In this document: positions 10,166 through 21,086 of the stretch, piece after piece | Position numbering within the stretch: position 1 is the first letter of the stretch | How the letters are laid out: each line of letters begins with the position of its first letter | IMG/VR virus record: IMGVR_UViG_3300009177_000006 | Coordinates: 5,488-69,487 of that record | DNA length: 64,000 nucleotides | Strand: one strand, 5' to 3' | Source: a virus | Notes under the pieces: generated by a model | What the model was told of the DNA's origin: nothing | Database searches by the model: none | The model's input: only the letters and a program-made list of their open reading frames with translations | Translations under genes and position numbers: made by a program

Positions 10166-11410
10166 TTAACCTTTTCCCAACTCAACTGTATTCTTACTTT
10201 GGTTAGCCGCCGCTTCAATTTTTTGAGCGTTGAGTTTGTTTGAGCGTTCGGCTGACCTGTCATAAAAGACAGACGCAATCCAGATCAAAAAAACGCCTGC
10301 ACCGCATCCGAGTAACACGTAAATAATGATTGGGAGCATATCGAGAAGTACGGACCTATCCGCATTCTCAATCGCCTTATCTGCAATTTTAGTTTTGATA
10401 TCCTCGCCACCGCAGTAAGCCGTGGCTGATGTCAAGAGCGTACCGACAGCGACCTTGATAGCTGTCAACCATTTCGTAAAGGTTGACGGACCTTCTTTAT
10501 CGACCGTGACCGGCTGTGGCTCTGGCTTACCTGACTCTAAAGGCTCATTTGCTGGCGATTGTAGGTCATTTGACGGTGTTTTAGCCGGTTCTGGTGTGTT
10601 AGTATCCCCTGCCTCATTTGGCGCGGTCTGAGGACTGTCTGATGGTTCAGACTCGTCAGGCTCGTGCCAAGACGGTGTCCCGAGGTCAATGACCTCTTGT
10701 GGCGGTAGGTCTGAGGCTTTAGCCGCAACTACCTTACCAGATGTAGGACTGTTATAGAGCGCCGCAAAGTCTTGAGGCTCGCTCAGCTTAAAGCCGTCAG
10801 GTAACCACGCCATGACCTGATCGAAATACGCGATGCGGTCAGCGAGTCCGTTGTGACCGCCGTTAATCCTCTCGCATGACGTTTTCATATCACGCTTATC
10901 GGCAAGCTGATTACAACTCCGCATCTTAAACTCGTAGCAAGCAGACCAAGCGGCGAACCTAGGGACTTCGATTAACTCGGGATGAGTTTCGAGGTCAACG
11001 CCGATATGGTCACCTTCCTCTTTGTAGTTGCTTCGCCCTGTCGTTTGAAAGTCGCCACCGCCTCGAAATATCCAACCGTCATCCGTACCCTTTTGATTAC
11101 CCAGACGTGAACCGTAAACATAGTTCGCCAACGCCTTCGGATTGTGTGCGTACTGGTTAGCAATCGCGAGTGTCGGAAACCGCTTCGGCCAGACCGCGCG
11201 CAGTCTTGATGCCGAGTAATTAAGATTCTCCCGAGCAGACGTGAACCGCTGACATTCGACCATTGCATGACCGAACCAACAAGCAATACGCAACTCGGTA
11301 TTTATCTCGTACCGCCAGAAGTAAACGTTAAGCCACTTGAGATGCTCACGCCGTAATTGCTCACTGATTGACGGCGCAATCTTTTTGAAAATGTCGTATG
11401 TCAGTTCCAT
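10166..11410 (-). CDS. GH19 (chitinase-class) endolysin with C-terminal hydrophobic helices
   Basis: ENLNYS, ANYVYGSRLGN, DGWIFRGGGDFQTTGRSNY, INGGHNGLADR motifs of phage GH19 lysozymes. Confidence 0.9.
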   Translation of the reverse strand: MELTYDIFKKIAPSISEQLRREHLKWLNVYFWRYEINTELRIACWFGHAMVECQRFTSARENLNYSASRLRAVWPKRFPTLAIANQYAHNPKALANYVYGSRLGNQKGTDDGWIFRGGGDFQTTGRSNYKEEGDHIGVDLETHPELIEVPRFAAWSACYEFKMRSCNQLADKRDMKTSCERINGGHNGLADRIAYFDQVMAWLPDGFKLSEPQDFAALYNSPTSGKVVAAKASDLPPQEVIDLGTPSWHEPDESEPSDSPQTAPNEAGDTNTPEPAKTPSNDLQSPANEPLESGKPEPQPVTVDKEGPSTFTKWLTAIKVAVGTLLTSATAYCGGEDIKTKIADKAIENADRSVLLDMLPIIIYVLLGCGAGVFLIWIASVFYDRSAERSNKLNAQKIEAAANQSKNTVELGKG

Positions 11411-11449
11411 AAAATTCTCCCCGTTTTTGTCTGGCGCGCCAGACAGTTT

Positions 11450-11908
11450 TTAAGCACTCGCCTTAGTTGTCTGCTCGACCGGCTCGCGTGGTAAATCTAA
11501 TTGCTCTGGTATCGGTGCGACCGCCGGTTCTGTTTCATCGATTATCAACCAAGCGAGAAGATCCAGGTCATTGACCGAGATTGCCGCCGATGATAAAAAG
11601 TCTCTCATCTTAAATGGCTCGCCGGTCAGTTCAATATCGGTTGACGTTAAGGACGTATGCTCCTCGTTGATGACGGGAACGTTAGCCTTATCAAATTCCC
11701 AAATGCCTGATTCCTGATTCGCCACCGCGCCGTATTTCGTAAAAAGTTCATCGCGCAGCTTGTGATAGTCAGCCAACTTTTCGTTGACCTGTTTAGTGAT
11801 TTGCCTCAGTCGAAATGTTGTCTTAATCGGCATCGCCATTTCCATTAGCCGGTCAAGCGCCTTCGACTGCATTGCATTTACGAGTTGTGCCAGTTTGATT
11901 TTAATCAT
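11450..11908 (-). CDS. hypothetical protein (tail fibre assembly-like)
   Basis: Helical ORF downstream of tail fibre genes. Confidence 0.6.
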   Translation of the reverse strand: MIKIKLAQLVNAMQSKALDRLMEMAMPIKTTFRLRQITKQVNEKLADYHKLRDELFTKYGAVANQESGIWEFDKANVPVINEEHTSLTSTDIELTGEPFKMRDFLSSAAISVNDLDLLAWLIIDETEPAVAPIPEQLDLPREPVEQTTKASA

Positions 11909-11910
11909 AG

Positions 11911-12177
11911 TTACGTTAAGTCTCCCGGATCGACTACAGTTGCGACCGCCGCTTGAGCCGCCGCGTTCTGTGCTTGTTTGAGATAAATCGCCTTGAACTG
12001 CTTACCGAGATAAGCATGAGCAAAGTCTACTTTGGTTTGTGGGTTTGGGATTAACTGCGCCGTCTGAGGATCGAGAACCTGCGCCTGATATCCCCACTCT
12101 TTACAAAGAGCGTCAAGCATCTGCGCAGGTGTCACCGAACCCGGCAACGTGTAAGGAGCGATAGTGAATTGTGCCAT
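11911..12177 (-). CDS. hypothetical protein
   Basis: GGAGG RBS. Confidence 0.65.
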   Translation of the reverse strand: MAQFTIAPYTLPGSVTPAQMLDALCKEWGYQAQVLDPQTAQLIPNPQTKVDFAHAYLGKQFKAIYLKQAQNAAAQAAVATVVDPGDLT

Positions 12178-12214
12178 AAGCCTCCGTTGATTTTTGTCTG
12201 GCGCGCCAGACAGA

Positions 12215-12742
12215 TTAGAAAAACATTTTGCCTTCGCCGTAAGTCAAAACAACCTGACCGACTGAACCATTATTACCCGTTGAGCCAGCCGCGCCGTTAC
12301 CGCCAGAACCGATACCGTTCGTACCGACGCCACCTGCACCGCCCGAGCCAGAGCCGTTCGTACCGTTTGCACCGTTCGTGGTCGTGTCGCCAATGTTACC
12401 CGTTCCACCTGTACCGCCTGCCGCACCTGTCACTTGCCATTGACCGCCATGACCGCCAACACCTTTGACCGTACCCGATGTACTGAACCACGAGTCGCCA
12501 CCGTTACCGCCGTCAGTCGCACCGCCGACACCTGCCGCACCGACAGTGACCGTGTACGTTGTACCGGGAGTGACCGCGACATTCTTTTTCGCATAACCGC
12601 CTGCACCGCCACCGCCGCCTTCTACACCGGCATTACCTGCGCCACCTGCACCGCCACCGCCGTAACACTCGGCAAAGACGTGAGAGACTCCGACAGGACA
12701 GGTCCACGTACTCGTGACTAGAAACTTATCAACGTTCGACAT
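12215..12742 (-). CDS. glycine-rich tail-fibre-type domain protein
   Basis: WTCPVGV..YGGGGAGG..GGGGGAGGY..VTPGTTYTVTVGAAG..GGDSWF pattern; start MSNVDK right after the upstream stop. Confidence 0.8.
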   Translation of the reverse strand: MSNVDKFLVTSTWTCPVGVSHVFAECYGGGGAGGAGNAGVEGGGGGAGGYAKKNVAVTPGTTYTVTVGAAGVGGATDGGNGGDSWFSTSGTVKGVGGHGGQWQVTGAAGGTGGTGNIGDTTTNGANGTNGSGSGGAGGVGTNGIGSGGNGAAGSTGNNGSVGQVVLTYGEGKMFF

Positions 12743-12743
12743 A

Positions 12744-15700
12744 TTACTCTTGCGCAACGGCGATAACGTCCCACTTAGTATCCGTCGAATTATACTTAGT
12801 AAGAATGTAAAGGGTTTTACTAACCACTGTAGCAGTCGGGAGAGTGACGCCGATAGCCCTGAATATAGCATTGTACGCAATACTCCTTGATGTACCGTTA
12901 TCTTTGAATCTGTACCAGATTTGTTGCCCTTGTGTCGGTGTTCCCGTAGGCGCTCCTATTGTCGCACCAGCCGTCATTCCAGTCAATATAACAGCGTCAT
13001 CGGTATCGGCATTTGCAGTCGGTGTCGCAGATGAGGCCGCGACCTGACAACGAGGCTCAATCCTCGCTATGACCGATTTGCTAAACGTGTACTTCGGCGT
13101 ACCAGATGCCGCGACCAGATCGAACGTCACATTGGCGTTAGCGTCAATCGTAGCCTTGGCATAGTTTGACGCATCATACCGCTGTCGCACATCTGTCGCT
13201 GTAAAGAATAAAGTCAGAGCAGAAAAATCCCCAAGGATCAACGGCGTCGAGGTTGACGAGTTAGAGATGTACAGCTTATTAGAACCCGTCTCATTGAAAC
13301 CGGCTGAGTAACCGATAAATACGTTTAAGTCGCCAGTAACGTTACTCAGTCCTGCAAAAGTTCCTATGTTCGTGTTCTGTTGACCAGTCGTACAACTATA
13401 ACCTGATTGAAGGCCAATACCAACATTATATTGCCCTGTCGTGTTACTTAATAAAGACGTTCGACCTATCGCAGTATTATTGACGCCGGTGCATCCTCCG
13501 ACACCGCCGAATAAAGCCTGTGAACCGATAGCCACGTTGCCCGTTCCAAGTGCATATTGACCGGCTACGTATCCTATGTACACACAGAAATCGCCAGTCG
13601 AATTTACAGCACCAGCGGCGTTGCCTATAGCCACGTTGCCCGAGCCGGTTGTTAGGGCTTGCAATGCTCCGATGCCGATTGCTACGGCTCCGCTACCGGC
13701 CGTAATTGCCGCACCTGACAAATACCCGATGAGAACGTTTTGCTGTCCTGTCGTAATCGCGGAACCTGCTTGAATACCGATGCACACGTTGACAATTCCT
13801 GTCGTAATCGCACTTCCGGCTTGGTATCCTATGAGCGTGTTTGAACCGCCTGACGTAAGAGCCGCTCCCGCACCTACACCTATCGAAACATTGGCAGTCC
13901 CAGAATAGCTACCGCCGCTCGCCTGACCGTAAAACACAGAACTTGCATTCGGAGAATCTAAGATGCCGCCCGAGCCGACCTGTGCAATTTTAGGAAATAG
14001 CACATTGCCGTTTTGCTGAAAGTCGGCGGTTGGCGTTGCATTAGGTATAGGACCGCCGGTATTAGCAAAAGTGTAAATCTTAAAACCAAGTCCCGGTACG
14101 GCATAGTACATCGCAAGACGAGCGCCGATATTACCGAACGCGTCCTCAAAATCAACTCGCTCCTCATCACCGCTTGCCGCAGGTCCGCCGATAGGGAACA
14201 CTCCCCATCGATATTTTTGCAGAACCTGACTACCAGATGCGCCCTTCCATAAAACATCGAGGACGGGTGCGGTCGTATTCTCTACACGAAAACCGAACGA
14301 CGAAACCACAGGACCGCCGAACGTTACCCCGTTGCCAGACGATAGAGCGAGCGCTGGTGTTGTACTCAAACCGCCACGACCGGCACCGCCAACCGTTCCT
14401 GTAGTGTAAAACCTTAGACCGAAGTCACCTGCGCCAACCGGCTCATAGTATGAGGCGATCGAAGCAACGTTAGTACCGAAACTGTCCTCAATGAAATCAA
14501 TGTAATTTTCAGGCTGAGAACTATTTCGTTTATGAATAGCTATCGATGTTCGCGAGGTTGCCGCACCGTCACCAACACGTACCGTCATCAAGCCACTATC
14601 TAAAATTTGAAAGCGAGTCAAGGTTGTACTGTCTCGCGTCTCGATGATTGGCGCAGACTGTGAGGCCAGTCCTGATATTAGTAATCCGTATATACCGGCA
14701 GACGGAGGCGTAAGGTATAAAGCAACCGCAGGATTCGATGCAATATTGATACCAACGAAACCGCCTGCGCCGACCTGAATTATATCGAGATTGTTCGCTC
14801 GGATATTAACAGAGCTAACGCCATTTACATATGTCCCGATAGTGTTTGAAAGAATCGCATACTGAGTCGCCGATGTATGTTGCCAGTAAGCGAAACCAGA
14901 ACCGAAGTCGCCTGTCTTAGCCAGACCTGCCGTCAACGATGTACCGTCATAATTAAAGTCCGAGCCGGTCCACTTCAAACCTTTAGTCTGAGCACTATCG
15001 GCAACAATAAATCTGCCGTTCGCACCTACCGACTGAATAGCCGCCGCTGATGGTCCCGTCCCAACGAGCAAATCACCTTTAGCGAGCCAGACAGGATCGG
15101 CGGTAATCGGTACGATGTTTTTGTTGATGAATACGCCGTTCTGGTCTGTCGCTAACGTCTGACCGAGTACAGGATTAACAACGAGGAAAGCTGGAAAGTT
15201 TGAGGCATCGTTAAAGCCGCCGATTGTCGCAACCTGTTTCGTGCCAACCTCAGTAAACGCGATGCTCGATGACGGAGCGATAGCGGCGTTAGCGAGAAAG
15301 TGTCTACGGATATTGAGCGTGACCGGCGCGATGTCATGCCTAAATGACGCATCGATAATCAGTGACGCCGCCGCAAGTGTCGCGTCTGACCAACTGTCAG
15401 CCACACCGTTGCTACCAGTCAATCGAACGACAACATTGCCAGCTTCACGACCGATGAAAACCTTGGCATTCTGTAACGTAGCAAAGAACGTAAAGACTAC
15501 AGTCGTGCCATGTAAGATTTGGGCGTTACTAGCCGAGTGAATCTTTAACGAGTAATCGATATCAGCCGCCGTCTGGTTGCTGTCGATAATGTTTAGACCG
15601 ATAGCCAGTTCGCCAGTCGCGTTAAATATCCAACCGCCGTCAGTATGAGGCGGTAAAGCATCAGGGAACGATAGACCGCTAGAGCCGTCACCGCTACCGC

Positions 15701-18700
15701 CCGTTGACGTGGCAATGCCCGTTACGTTGTTATAGCTTGCGTTGACAAGATTCTGCGCCCTGTCCATCACTAACCCTTTGATTGGGATAGTCTCGGTTGA
15801 CCAACGCAGATCAATTTTAGAGATGACGCCTTGAGTCGTAACGACCAGAGCCGCATACCACGGCATCGGTCTATTACCGCCAGTACCAGTCGTATCAACC
15901 AGAGCGAGAAGTGTTTCGACTCCGTTGATGTCTCGCTTATAAGCGAATACCCAAGACGGCGTTCCGAGCAGAGCGTTCCTAAAGATGAACGTATCACCGA
16001 CAACGTATGTCCCGACTGACGTAGTTGTAACCGACAGGTTGTTGATAACATCAACCGTGCCGTCAGCTTTAAGGTGAAAGGCAAAAACAAACTGAGGAGC
16101 ACCGCCGCTTAAAGTCTGACTCTCAGCAACGCCGAAATACTGGTCAATGATTTTGTCTGGCGCGCCAGACAAATCGCTAAAGTTGATTGAACTAAGGTCA
16201 GTCAACATTGCCTGTGATAGCCAGACCGCAGAGTTCAAACCAGACGTGCCGGTTTTCGTAATCGAATTGTCAAGATTGATTTGACAGTTCGTCGGGTCAG
16301 ACCATTTCAGGCTTAAGGGTTTTACGAACGTGGCCTCGGCGTATGTGGCAGACAGAACGCCATTGTCACTAACTGCGTACACACGCCGAGTCACGGTATC
16401 GCCTCGGGCGGTTTCCGTCCAAAGCGAACTTGAAAGAACGTCACTAACAAAATTACCTGCGCCGTCAGTAATGCGATATCGATTGATGCCAAAGGTTGTC
16501 GAAGGTGTCCATGCCCAACGGATCGAAACGCCGTCAAAGACGTAAGCTAAACCAGTCGGAGGCGCCGGTATCGTCACAACACCGCTCACATTGAGCCGCC
16601 GAGTCAGTTGAGCAGTAAAGGCGATTGTTGAACCGGCTTGTGAGAAGGTCTGTACTCTAATCAGAGCGAGCGACTTGTTAGCCGGTATCAGTTCAAACGT
16701 GCCATGACCGTTGTCATCGGGAAAGACATCAATCAGCGTGTCAACCCAATCGGCAAATGCGTACAAGGCTAAGCCGGTCGATGCGTTCGCCGTGAACTCA
16801 GTAGTCGCCACACCGCCAATCGTCTTTGACAGCTTGAACGTTGAGCCTGACACGTTGACCACGTAATACGGAGTTTCAAAGCTTGCTCCCGGTACGTCAT
16901 TCCCATCGAGTGCCGCAACGACCAATAAAGGCGTTGAGCCTGACGGGATCAAAGACGGCGAGGCGACCGTAAAGAGATTCGTTGAGAACGTGTAACTGAT
17001 AACGTCAGTCAGCTTCGTTGTCAGGAACTTTCTAAAGACGCGACCTCGCCACGGTTGCACAAACTGAGGCAACGTTGAGATGAAATTGATATCGCCCGAT
17101 ATCGATGACACATAGCGGTTATCAGGCAACGGCTCAGTCGTTTCTACAAGCGTCATCGACTGCGCCGCACCGGGAGGCATATATTGATTCACCGCGACCG
17201 AGTTACTAGGAGGCATGACGCCACCGTGAGCCGTGTCGGAGTAGAAGTCTGGCGTGACGATTCTTAATTCGTAAGACCTCGTTTCGACATCACCAACGTT
17301 TAGTTTCTCGTCAGTGACTTGAGCCAAAGCAGGCGCTAAAGCTGTATACCCTGACTCGGGATCGATGACGTTAACAAACGCACCTTTACATACGGCAAGC
17401 GAGTCAAGAAACCCTTCCACCGTCCACCCAATATCGAGGTCAGCCGATAGAGTGGCGAACGTTTCGCCAATACGTTCCATTTGCGTTTGTTGCATAACGC
17501 CGTATTGGATTATCTGACCGAAGTCAATCAGCTTACCGCCGTTCGCTGCGCGCCTCGCTTTACGGTCGATGAACACATACTTCTTTTGTAAGTTCTCGTC
17601 ATCGTCATCACGGTAGACGTACCGCCAAAAGTTCGTGGTCAATCGGGCGTTCTGACGCTTCACCGTCATCTTGGCGACATTGACGGGACCGGCTGTAGGA
17701 TCGTTGTTAAAGGTAAAGCAAGGCGTCCTATCTGGCGAGGTCACGATACGTATCTGACCGTCAACATCGGCATACGCAACACCGGGACTCATACCGAGTT
17801 CCAGTTCAAACAAATCAGCCGCAGGTGTTGGCTGAGTAGCAACAAAGCCGCCCTGAAAACGTTTGACTGGTCGTGGCGGTACAGACGCCGCAGGTACAAG
17901 CTGTAACCCTTGTGACGGCGAGGACCACTTGAGTTGCATGAAGTACGGGTTAGAAATTGTCGATGTCGATTGTTGAACCTTAACCTCGATGTCGTATGAC
18001 GTACCGGCTACCAGATTCATCGTACCTGTCGGACTCGCAGGATATGCGCCAGACAAGATGAGTGAGCCGTTAATACGGACCTCTATCGTGTCATCGATGT
18101 TAGGCGCACTGAACGTGTATAACTCAGAGAATGACGGTACGATTGTCGCCGTAAATATTGCAGACCATCCCCACGGTGAAACACCGGCAAAGGGAGCCGT
18201 GCCGTTACCTGATAAATTGATGTTTGGGAACGTGGTTGCGACCGAGCCGGTTGTCCAGTTGACATCGCTGAAAAACTGACACGCCCACGATATCGGCAAG
18301 ACCGATGCGGCTACGCCTATCTGGTCAATGAAAGCTGAGGCGGTAAAGATGACAAAGTCAACGTAGAACGATGCAAATTTCTGAGTCTGGTTAATGCTGA
18401 CTGATGGTAAGGCAACGCCGTTTTTATACACGACGAATAGACCGGCCTCATAGACCATACGGACACGGTCACCGACAGCAACAGGAGCGATGACGGTATG
18501 TGTATTGCCGTCAGTGTACCAAAGTTGATTCGCTTCAAACTTAACGCCCTGACGGTTAGTCGGTGTACTCTCGCCACCGTTCGCCGTGTTAAAGTGCATC
18601 GCACAAGTCGTACCGTTCCAGACCAACTCACACGCCGCACGGCTCACACCGACGAACTGCGACGATACCGCCCACGCATCCCAAGCATTTGTTGCCGTGG

Positions 18701-19706
18701 TCTTAGTGATACGGTTTGTACCTGAATTGTATGTCGCGTTAGTGACCGTTGGAAACGATATCGGCGCAACTGGTTGAAAGTCGGTCTGCCAGTCGATGAA
18801 GCTGTCACACCTGTCGCGCCAGTCAACGAACGATTTATGATAGCGAGTTATCGGCGTCTTTTGGTCGTTAACTAAACCGTCAACCGACACTAAGGAGTTG
18901 TTAGGATCGTCACGAATGACGGCAGTATTGAAAGCAATAGTCTCGCCCGATACCTGAATGTCATAGACCTTCTTGCCCTGCATGATGACTTTCAGATTTG
19001 TCGGCTCATCAGTACCGTTCGACAAGTTGGCAGGCAAGAGAATCTCAAGATACGCGATACCTGAGAAGGTGATGGTCACACCGCCGAAGAAAGTTGGTCT
19101 GCCTTGTACGGGATCAAAATAATAAGCGTTGTTAGCTTTGTACACGAACAGCCGGTCAAGATGAGTTCCCGATGTCGTGATGTCAAAGGCGTTCGTGATT
19201 AACGGTGTGCCTGTTACTTGGTTAAGGATTTTGATGTGGTCGTTATCGACTTTCCAAACCAAGTATTGCGTGTGTGTTTTAATCGCCGGTACGGAGGCAG
19301 GGATAACGACATCTGTACCTCGCTGATGTAACGCAACGAAGTCGCCAGTGACCATACCATGAGCCGGTATGTTCCAGTCATTAGTCGATGTATTGACAGA
19401 CGGTATCGCCTGATAGACCGGCGGGTTAGTTATCGTACCGGGATGAAATTGCCAGTTACGAGCGCCGTCTTGAAATTCGGGTATCTCAAAACCGGCGTAC
19501 AGGACTTTGATTATCTTTGAGCAACCTAGAGGATCGCTTCGTTCACGCGCTCCCTGAGCGAGCAATACGAGCATCGAGGTTCGACCGCCGTTGTCGCCAG
19601 TGTTGTAAACGACAGTTCGACCTTGCGTAATGCCTTTACCGTACAGACGCGCCATGTACGGATTATCAACGGTGTTCTCGTCACGAAGTACAAATTTACT
19701 CGGCAT
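12744..19706 (-). CDS. giant tail tip / host-specificity fibre protein (2320 aa)
   Basis: Follows tape measure and tail-tip genes; PA14-like segment (YTFSAPNIDDTIEVRING), Fn3-like segment (PAPPTGL), NxxIGxxAG beta-roll repeats near the C-terminus. Confidence 0.8.
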   Translation of the reverse strand: MPSKFVLRDENTVDNPYMARLYGKGITQGRTVVYNTGDNGGRTSMLVLLAQGARERSDPLGCSKIIKVLYAGFEIPEFQDGARNWQFHPGTITNPPVYQAIPSVNTSTNDWNIPAHGMVTGDFVALHQRGTDVVIPASVPAIKTHTQYLVWKVDNDHIKILNQVTGTPLITNAFDITTSGTHLDRLFVYKANNAYYFDPVQGRPTFFGGVTITFSGIAYLEILLPANLSNGTDEPTNLKVIMQGKKVYDIQVSGETIAFNTAVIRDDPNNSLVSVDGLVNDQKTPITRYHKSFVDWRDRCDSFIDWQTDFQPVAPISFPTVTNATYNSGTNRITKTTATNAWDAWAVSSQFVGVSRAACELVWNGTTCAMHFNTANGGESTPTNRQGVKFEANQLWYTDGNTHTVIAPVAVGDRVRMVYEAGLFVVYKNGVALPSVSINQTQKFASFYVDFVIFTASAFIDQIGVAASVLPISWACQFFSDVNWTTGSVATTFPNINLSGNGTAPFAGVSPWGWSAIFTATIVPSFSELYTFSAPNIDDTIEVRINGSLILSGAYPASPTGTMNLVAGTSYDIEVKVQQSTSTISNPYFMQLKWSSPSQGLQLVPAASVPPRPVKRFQGGFVATQPTPAADLFELELGMSPGVAYADVDGQIRIVTSPDRTPCFTFNNDPTAGPVNVAKMTVKRQNARLTTNFWRYVYRDDDDENLQKKYVFIDRKARRAANGGKLIDFGQIIQYGVMQQTQMERIGETFATLSADLDIGWTVEGFLDSLAVCKGAFVNVIDPESGYTALAPALAQVTDEKLNVGDVETRSYELRIVTPDFYSDTAHGGVMPPSNSVAVNQYMPPGAAQSMTLVETTEPLPDNRYVSSISGDINFISTLPQFVQPWRGRVFRKFLTTKLTDVISYTFSTNLFTVASPSLIPSGSTPLLVVAALDGNDVPGASFETPYYVVNVSGSTFKLSKTIGGVATTEFTANASTGLALYAFADWVDTLIDVFPDDNGHGTFELIPANKSLALIRVQTFSQAGSTIAFTAQLTRRLNVSGVVTIPAPPTGLAYVFDGVSIRWAWTPSTTFGINRYRITDGAGNFVSDVLSSSLWTETARGDTVTRRVYAVSDNGVLSATYAEATFVKPLSLKWSDPTNCQINLDNSITKTGTSGLNSAVWLSQAMLTDLSSINFSDLSGAPDKIIDQYFGVAESQTLSGGAPQFVFAFHLKADGTVDVINNLSVTTTSVGTYVVGDTFIFRNALLGTPSWVFAYKRDINGVETLLALVDTTGTGGNRPMPWYAALVVTTQGVISKIDLRWSTETIPIKGLVMDRAQNLVNASYNNVTGIATSTGGSGDGSSGLSFPDALPPHTDGGWIFNATGELAIGLNIIDSNQTAADIDYSLKIHSASNAQILHGTTVVFTFFATLQNAKVFIGREAGNVVVRLTGSNGVADSWSDATLAAASLIIDASFRHDIAPVTLNIRRHFLANAAIAPSSSIAFTEVGTKQVATIGGFNDASNFPAFLVVNPVLGQTLATDQNGVFINKNIVPITADPVWLAKGDLLVGTGPSAAAIQSVGANGRFIVADSAQTKGLKWTGSDFNYDGTSLTAGLAKTGDFGSGFAYWQHTSATQYAILSNTIGTYVNGVSSVNIRANNLDIIQVGAGGFVGINIASNPAVALYLTPPSAGIYGLLISGLASQSAPIIETRDSTTLTRFQILDSGLMTVRVGDGAATSRTSIAIHKRNSSQPENYIDFIEDSFGTNVASIASYYEPVGAGDFGLRFYTTGTVGGAGRGGLSTTPALALSSGNGVTFGGPVVSSFGFRVENTTAPVLDVLWKGASGSQVLQKYRWGVFPIGGPAASGDEERVDFEDAFGNIGARLAMYYAVPGLGFKIYTFANTGGPIPNATPTADFQQNGNVLFPKIAQVGSGGILDSPNASSVFYGQASGGSYSGTANVSIGVGAGAALTSGGSNTLIGYQAGSAITTGIVNVCIGIQAGSAITTGQQNVLIGYLSGAAITAGSGAVAIGIGALQALTTGSGNVAIGNAAGAVNSTGDFCVYIGYVAGQYALGTGNVAIGSQALFGGVGGCTGVNNTAIGRTSLLSNTTGQYNVGIGLQSGYSCTTGQQNTNIGTFAGLSNVTGDLNVFIGYSAGFNETGSNKLYISNSSTSTPLILGDFSALTLFFTATDVRQRYDASNYAKATIDANANVTFDLVAASGTPKYTFSKSVIARIEPRCQVAASSATPTANADTDDAVILTGMTAGATIGAPTGTPTQGQQIWYRFKDNGTSRSIAYNAIFRAIGVTLPTATVVSKTLYILTKYNSTDTKWDVIAVAQE

Positions 19707-19872
19707 ACTGGTTTTTTGTCTGGCGCGCCAGACATATCAAAGCTTTAAGGTGAAAAGAGCCTGATTGCCAACCGTCTGACGTGTCGATTGCTCGCGTTTA
19801 GAGGTCATCTGACCGTCTTTTGACGGGTTTTCGACCTATGACAAGGCTTGTCTATATCGAGCCGTCTACGGA

Positions 19873-21084
19873 CTAATATTGCGTGACCTGTTGAGCGATT
19901 GCTTTTGTATTGTGGTTCTCAAGATACTTACCCTTTTCCATACCGCAGTCATACATATTTGGAAACGTGGTATGTATCCGTAAAACCCAACCGGCTCGTA
20001 TAGGCGTGAATAGATAATTCTTATGCTCATCCTCGTCATATCTTTTCACAAGTTGCCTGATATTGCGAACCCGAGCGACAAGGTCATGCTTGGCAAAGTT
20101 AATCTCACTTGCCGCACGTCCTTTCTCATCGTCTAAGCCGGTCAGAAAATGATGTGATGCCGAGTTGCGTAGACCTACGCCGATGCCGGTCTGTACCTCA
20201 TACCGATACTCTGCCCAGACCTTTAACACTTCCTCAACTATGACCGGCGTTTCTCGGTTCATTAAGATATCGCCTCGCTTGAGTTGCTTGGCGTGTATGT
20301 CGCCGTCATCAGACCTGAACCAAGTCGTTTCATAGTCTGGGCAATCGCGACCTGTACCCGTATCCCAAGGACCGCCACCGCCGTCTGGCGGTAATGGTCC
20401 CGAGTAACCAGTAATCAAACCAGTCGGATTGATGTAGCCGACACCGTTGAACACGCCTCCCCAAAAAATACAACCGGCATCGGCGTCATCTTGCAACTTT
20501 GAACAGACCGCATTAATCGGAAGGTTGTTAACACTGCACCAAGCATCGCCCAGATCGTTAACGCACCGTTGCGTTACTTCTTTGCCGAGCATACCCGTCT
20601 TGATAGCGATGTCAGATTGATTGGCAAAGGTTGCCTCTAAGTCATCACCTGACAAGTCAGACAGCTTGCCGATAAAGTACGTCATCCCTTCGTATGTGCC
20701 AGACGGTTTAGGGAAGCATAGATAAATCGTGATGTCGGCGTTGTCGTATAGCCTCGCAGGATCGGGTATCGCTTGAGTGACGATGTAGTCAAGATTGATG
20801 ACACGAATTTCTGAGGCGTCCATAACCTTACCTTGACTGTGCCGAATCTCAGGCGCACCAGATATCCGTGATGTAAAGACGAGCGGAGTTATCGCGACCG
20901 AGGACGTACCCACTGATAACGTATCGACCGTAATAGCGTCAGTTGCCCAATACAGCTTCGTTCCGTTATTGAGCGTCACGACCATCGCTATTTCGGTGTT
21001 GTACGCACGGCTATTGAGCGTCGCTTTCGTCGCAAAGTAATTCGTGATGTACGCCGACATTGGGCGAGAGAAAGGAACTGACAT
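19873..21084 (-). CDS. minor tail protein (lambda gpL/BR0599-like Cys cluster) with C-terminal Hint domain
   Basis: QRCVNDLGDAWC..CSK..GC Cys cluster; C-terminal 145 aa run from Cys to His-Asn-Thr with Hint-like blocks. Confidence 0.7.
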   Translation of the reverse strand: MSVPFSRPMSAYITNYFATKATLNSRAYNTEIAMVVTLNNGTKLYWATDAITVDTLSVGTSSVAITPLVFTSRISGAPEIRHSQGKVMDASEIRVINLDYIVTQAIPDPARLYDNADITIYLCFPKPSGTYEGMTYFIGKLSDLSGDDLEATFANQSDIAIKTGMLGKEVTQRCVNDLGDAWCSVNNLPINAVCSKLQDDADAGCIFWGGVFNGVGYINPTGLITGYSGPLPPDGGGGPWDTGTGRDCPDYETTWFRSDDGDIHAKQLKRGDILMNRETPVIVEEVLKVWAEYRYEVQTGIGVGLRNSASHHFLTGLDDEKGRAASEINFAKHDLVARVRNIRQLVKRYDEDEHKNYLFTPIRAGWVLRIHTTFPNMYDCGMEKGKYLENHNTKAIAQQVTQY

Positions 21085-21086
21085 AA

